Assembly: GCA_024720975.1 (NCBI GenBank)
Contig: JANJXX010000005.1
Coordinates: 32,463-96,462 of the forward strand
Source of the DNA: Thermoproteota archaeon
GTDB taxonomy: Archaea; Asgardarchaeota; Njordarchaeia; Njordarchaeales; Panguiarchaeaceae
Length of the DNA: 64,000 nt
Direction: 5' to 3'
The translations under genes and the position numbers were made by a program. Below are positions 60,405 to 64,000 of the stretch, piece by piece; within the stretch, counting starts at the first letter, position 1, and every line of letters starts with the position of its first letter. Under the pieces are notes generated by a model. That model made no database searches. It was not told the DNA's origin and worked only from the letters and a program-made list of their open reading frames with translations.

Positions 60405-60770
60405 GGCCATTGTCAGTGTTAGTTGAATTAGCTATTTCCAGTTACTTTAACCATAATAAATTTCCCGAACGGGCTCTCTTATTCTGACACTGGCGCTAAT
60501 AGCAAATCATTAGAGATTGCACCAATGGCGCAACTCACACAGTCCTGGGAAGTGCAATATTGTTTTGTTACTGAGTAGAACATGCTCGTAACTTATCAGA
60601 TATGATGGCGTGAGGCTTTACCGTCCAACTTCTCAACCACCGGGGATGTATGTGTTAAATTCTTTTGTGTCTTAATGCATCATTGAGCCCCTCAAGCATG
60701 GAGCAAATACTTTAGCTCAAGTATCTTTAACAGTTAAAATAACTTAAAAACTTCTACTAAGGAAACAGTC
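60405..60770 (-). mobile_element. Decayed copy 4 of the tnpB-derived element
   Basis: Minus strand GACTGTTTCC..AAGTTTTTAAGTTATTTTAACT..AGATACTTG matches the left end; weaker matches GAGAGCCCGT and ACACTGACAA to the core. Confidence 0.5.
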
Positions 60771-60867
60771 TATCAAGCAAGAACTGGCCTTAATGCAGCG
60801 GGATTATCCTAAATAATCCGCGATTTTCAATCGGACTCTGCTAAATGAGCGTCTGCAGGTGGTTATA

Positions 60868-62220
60868 ATGTCGAGCTTGGAGAGGTTTATAAGAGTTGGG
60901 GCCCACTCGCACATAAGAGGGTTAGGTCTAGATGAAAAAGGCAACGCAAAGTTTGAAGGAGATGGTTTAGTAGGACAGTTGAAAGCTCGCGAAGCAGCTG
61001 GCTTAGTAGTCAAACTGATACGCGAAGGAAAAATGGCTGGGAGGGCCATTCTATTAGCTGGGCCCCCAGGTACTGGCAAGACAGCCTTAGCTATAGCTGT
61101 TGCTCGAGAACTTGGAGAGGATGTTCCATTCGTTCAGCTCTCTGGATCACAGATATACTCAGCTGAGGTATCTAAGACAGAGGTCCTCCTAAGAGCTCTC
61201 AGAAAAGCCATAGGTGTAAGGTTTAGAGAATATAGGCGTGTATTTGAAGGTGAGGTAGTTAAATTTGAACCTCACTTTGCTCCTCACCCATACAACCCCT
61301 ACCAACGAATAGTGAAAGAGGCAAAGTTAACATTAAGAACTAAGAAAGAACGCGTGACGCTAACAGTTGGTCCATCAGTAGCACAAGAATTGATTGCTAG
61401 GGGTGTAGAGGAGGGTATGGTAATAATCATAGACAAGGAGGGTGGACATGTAAGTGTACTTGGAATAAGCAAAGAAGCCTCTGTTCCTAGATATGATGTT
61501 GGTAAAATACCAGAAGTTGACGTTCCAGATGGACCCGTTGAGAAGGATAGAGAATTCATCTACATAACCACACTCGATGAATTAGATGAGCTATTTCACA
61601 AGAGATATTCTGGGGGCGGCTTCTTTAGCCTATTATTTGGAGGTAGAGAAGAGAGAAAGGAGATAGATCCAGAAACTCGCATGCAGGTTGATAAGTTTGT
61701 CAAGGAAGCCATTGAAGAGGGCAGAGCTGAAATAATACCTGGAGTCCTATTCATTGATGAAATTCACATGCTTGATATAGAAAGCTTCTCTTTCCTGAAT
61801 CGTGCTCTCGAGTCAGAACTTGCGCCCATAGTAATCATGGCATCAAATAGAGGCTTCGCTCGAATTCGCGGGACGGACATAGTTTCGCCGCATGGAATGC
61901 CTCTTGACTTACTTGATAGAGTACTTATAATTCCGACAGAGCCTTACAAAGCAGATGAAATCAAAGAAATCCTAAAAATAAGAGCAAAAGAAGAGAGAAT
62001 AAACCTATCCGCTGAGGCACTAGAGCTTCTTACAAAACATGGTGAGGCTGTAAGTCTTAGATATGCAATTCAACTTATGGCTCCAGCTTGGGAGAGAGCA
62101 AAATTAAACGGTCGAGACACGGTAACTCCTGAAGATGTAGAAGCAGTCAGAGAAAGATTTGCAAGCATAGAAGAGTCAGTTAAGCATCTAAAGGAGTGGG
62201 AGGAGCGCTTCATGAAATAA
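60868..62220 (+). CDS. TIP49/RuvB-like AAA+ helicase
   Basis: AHSHIRGLGLD, GLVGQ..AREAAG, GPPGTGKT, PGVLFIDEIHMLD, HGMPLDLLDR, SLRYA.QL. Confidence 0.95.
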   Translation: MSSLERFIRVGAHSHIRGLGLDEKGNAKFEGDGLVGQLKAREAAGLVVKLIREGKMAGRAILLAGPPGTGKTALAIAVARELGEDVPFVQLSGSQIYSAEVSKTEVLLRALRKAIGVRFREYRRVFEGEVVKFEPHFAPHPYNPYQRIVKEAKLTLRTKKERVTLTVGPSVAQELIARGVEEGMVIIIDKEGGHVSVLGISKEASVPRYDVGKIPEVDVPDGPVEKDREFIYITTLDELDELFHKRYSGGGFFSLLFGGREERKEIDPETRMQVDKFVKEAIEEGRAEIIPGVLFIDEIHMLDIESFSFLNRALESELAPIVIMASNRGFARIRGTDIVSPHGMPLDLLDRVLIIPTEPYKADEIKEILKIRAKEERINLSAEALELLTKHGEAVSLRYAIQLMAPAWERAKLNGRDTVTPEDVEAVRERFASIEESVKHLKEWEERFMK

Positions 62221-62267
62221 AAATACATCTGCGCTAGGATATTCTCTATATTTTTGGTGTAGTTCTT

Positions 62268-63002
62268 TTGCCTCTAATATTAGCCACAGATGTTGATGGT
62301 ACCATCACCGACAAAAATAGAAGATTAAGTTTAAAAGCAGCTAGACTCCTAAGAAAGCTTCAGGAAATGAAAGTCGTCGTAATTCTAGTATCTAGTCATG
62401 CATTTCCCGCTGTTAGCACTCTTGCGGATTACTTGGGAATAAACTATATTATTGCAGAGACGGGAGTTTGCGGAGGTTCTCCTTGGAAACCACTATTCGT
62501 TAGACATATAAAAAACAGAGAGGTTGTCCTAGAGAGTTTAATCAAGCATAACTTCACTCCTACGGAGTCGAATAGCTTCAGGTTGGGAGATATAGCAGTA
62601 TATCCGCCGAAGAATATGACTATAGACGATGCCTTAATATTGTTGGACAAAATTGTTAAAGAGTTTGACCTAGACTATACATATTCAGGCTTCGCGATAC
62701 ACATTTTCCCTCGAGGAGTTAACAAAGGTTGGGGACTTAGAACTCTACTCGAGTGCATCAAAACAAATGGTCCGATTATAGTCCTTGGTGACGGAGAAAA
62801 TGACATACCACTTTTTGAAAAAGCTGATTTAGCAATAACATCTATTGAAAGCCCAAAAAAACTTAGGGATGCTGCCGATATCATTATGCCCTTCAATAGT
62901 ATAGACACTACTTTATATACACTCGAAATAATCGAGAGATTCATTAAGTTAAGAAAGATCCCAGATTTAGACCTACTAAAACAAGTTCTAACCAGTGAAT
63001 GA
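62268..63002 (+). CDS. HAD-superfamily phosphatase (phosphoglycolate phosphatase/Cof type)
   Basis: DVDGTITD, AETG, SGFAIHI..GVNKG, GDGEND. Confidence 0.88.
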   Translation: MPLILATDVDGTITDKNRRLSLKAARLLRKLQEMKVVVILVSSHAFPAVSTLADYLGINYIIAETGVCGGSPWKPLFVRHIKNREVVLESLIKHNFTPTESNSFRLGDIAVYPPKNMTIDDALILLDKIVKEFDLDYTYSGFAIHIFPRGVNKGWGLRTLLECIKTNGPIIVLGDGENDIPLFEKADLAITSIESPKKLRDAADIIMPFNSIDTTLYTLEIIERFIKLRKIPDLDLLKQVLTSE

Positions 63003-63538
63003 CCTTGCCACAAGGTATTGAATTAGCAATAGCATATATTCTAGATAAAATTGGTGGAAAAGCATCGCTAGACGAAATACATAAGGCGACTGGAATATCC
63101 AAACTTGTGCTCCGAAAATATCTTTGGCATTGTCAAAGACGAAAACTAATTAAAAAAGATCTCGGTGTATACTACATAACGAACACAGGCCTTGAGGTCA
63201 TACGAAGAAGTAAGATATTAAACATTGGATACCGAATGCTAGCTGTAGTTTTCTATGATCGAATAGAACTGATCACACTAGGACGAAAATCTAGAATAAG
63301 AGCCGTTAGGAAGGATATAATAGTCAATCTACTAAGGAGAGGTCTTATATCAAGAGATGAAATAAAGAATTCACCAAATAGGAGAGAAATCCTAGCTGCA
63401 CTTAGGATTTTGCGTGTACTTAGACTGACCAAAAGCAGAGGCAACGTGATTTACATATCTCAAGATGGTGTAGATAGGCTGCTAACAATAGGAATTGACC
63501 CCAGCAAAGTATATAATACTACAGCAGATAATGACTAG
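62999..63538 (+). CDS. Winged-helix DNA-binding protein
   Basis: ASLDEIHKATGIS...LRKYL.......I....GVYYIT..G. Confidence 0.6.
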   Translation: MTLPQGIELAIAYILDKIGGKASLDEIHKATGISKLVLRKYLWHCQRRKLIKKDLGVYYITNTGLEVIRRSKILNIGYRMLAVVFYDRIELITLGRKSRIRAVRKDIIVNLLRRGLISRDEIKNSPNRREILAALRILRVLRLTKSRGNVIYISQDGVDRLLTIGIDPSKVYNTTADND

Positions 63539-63646
63539 TTTTTTGTTGGCTTTACTTTTAAGGTAAGCATTTAAATACAATCTAAGATTCTATCTTCTAT
63601 TATGGTATTGTTGAATAATTAATTGATTTTAACACCGGTGATAGTG

Positions 63647-64000
63647 GTGAGCGTATACGAAGGCTTAGTCCAGAGAAGGGCATTCTTCCCGATTTCGCCG
63701 TTTCTAGTGCCGTTGATTCTTGCAATGATTGTGACAGTGCTTTCGGCACCATTTGGCGCTGACCCAATAACAACATTTCTTTTCACATTCTTACTTCTCA
63801 TGTTAGTAGTTGGATTGCCACTGCTGCTATCTGGGCTGGCGATTCTGCCTGAATATGAGAGAGCAGCGGTCCTTCGCTTGGGCAGATACAAGGGGATGCT
63901 AGGCCCCGGAGTGGTTATTAGAGATCCCATTTTAGATAGAATTCAAAGATTCGACCTCCGAATTCAAACTATTGACATCCCGCAACAAGAAGTTTTAACA
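63647..64000 (+). CDS. SPFH/stomatin (band 7) protein, truncated at the window end (absent from ORF track)
   Basis: TM segments then ILPEYERAAVLRLGRYKGMLGPG...DLRIQTIDIPQQEVLT; GGTGA RBS. Confidence 0.9.
   Translation, partial: MSVYEGLVQRRAFFPISPFLVPLILAMIVTVLSAPFGADPITTFLFTFLLLMLVVGLPLLLSGLAILPEYERAAVLRLGRYKGMLGPGVVIRDPILDRIQRFDLRIQTIDIPQQEVLT

Noticed and set aside
602-63930. Many short antisense ORFs in the track (e.g. 602-937, 57635-58231, 63619-63930)
   Set aside because: They are shadows of well-supported genes on the opposite strand; 63619-63930 is antisense to the stomatin gene

Overview
Gene-dense 64-kb segment of an archaeal chromosome (archaeal uS7, uS12, Alba, TiaS, ProRS, RtcB, TIP49, NreA, ThiDN). 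Reverse gyrase and the branched-chain polyamine synthase BpsA point to a hyperthermophile. A Rab-like small GTPase, a degenerate GTPase fused to a longin/uDENN-like segment and a CTL/SLC44-like transporter suggest an Asgard-related lineage (inference). The main unexplained structure is a dispersed ~270-370 bp element in three clear copies and one decayed copy (6136-6458 +, 8874-9199 +, 21171-21439 -, ~60405-60770 -). Each joins a conserved TATA-containing left end to a GC-rich structured core derived from the 3' end of tnpB, with a K-turn and a covarying terminal stem, i.e. candidate stand-alone omegaRNA loci. The decayed copy lies next to an IS607-type serine recombinase lacking its catalytic serine, and two copies end at the junctions of the split rps12/rps7 pair. 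Also present: two box C/D sRNAs, an MNT-HEPN pair lacking catalytic residues, a secreted caspase-like protease, a divergent TFB, a uS12 with PNSA changed to PTGA, and a possible lipid head-group cluster (CTL-like, PssA, PLD). No rRNA, tRNA or CRISPR array was recognised. All assignments come from motif recognition by eye; no database searches were run.
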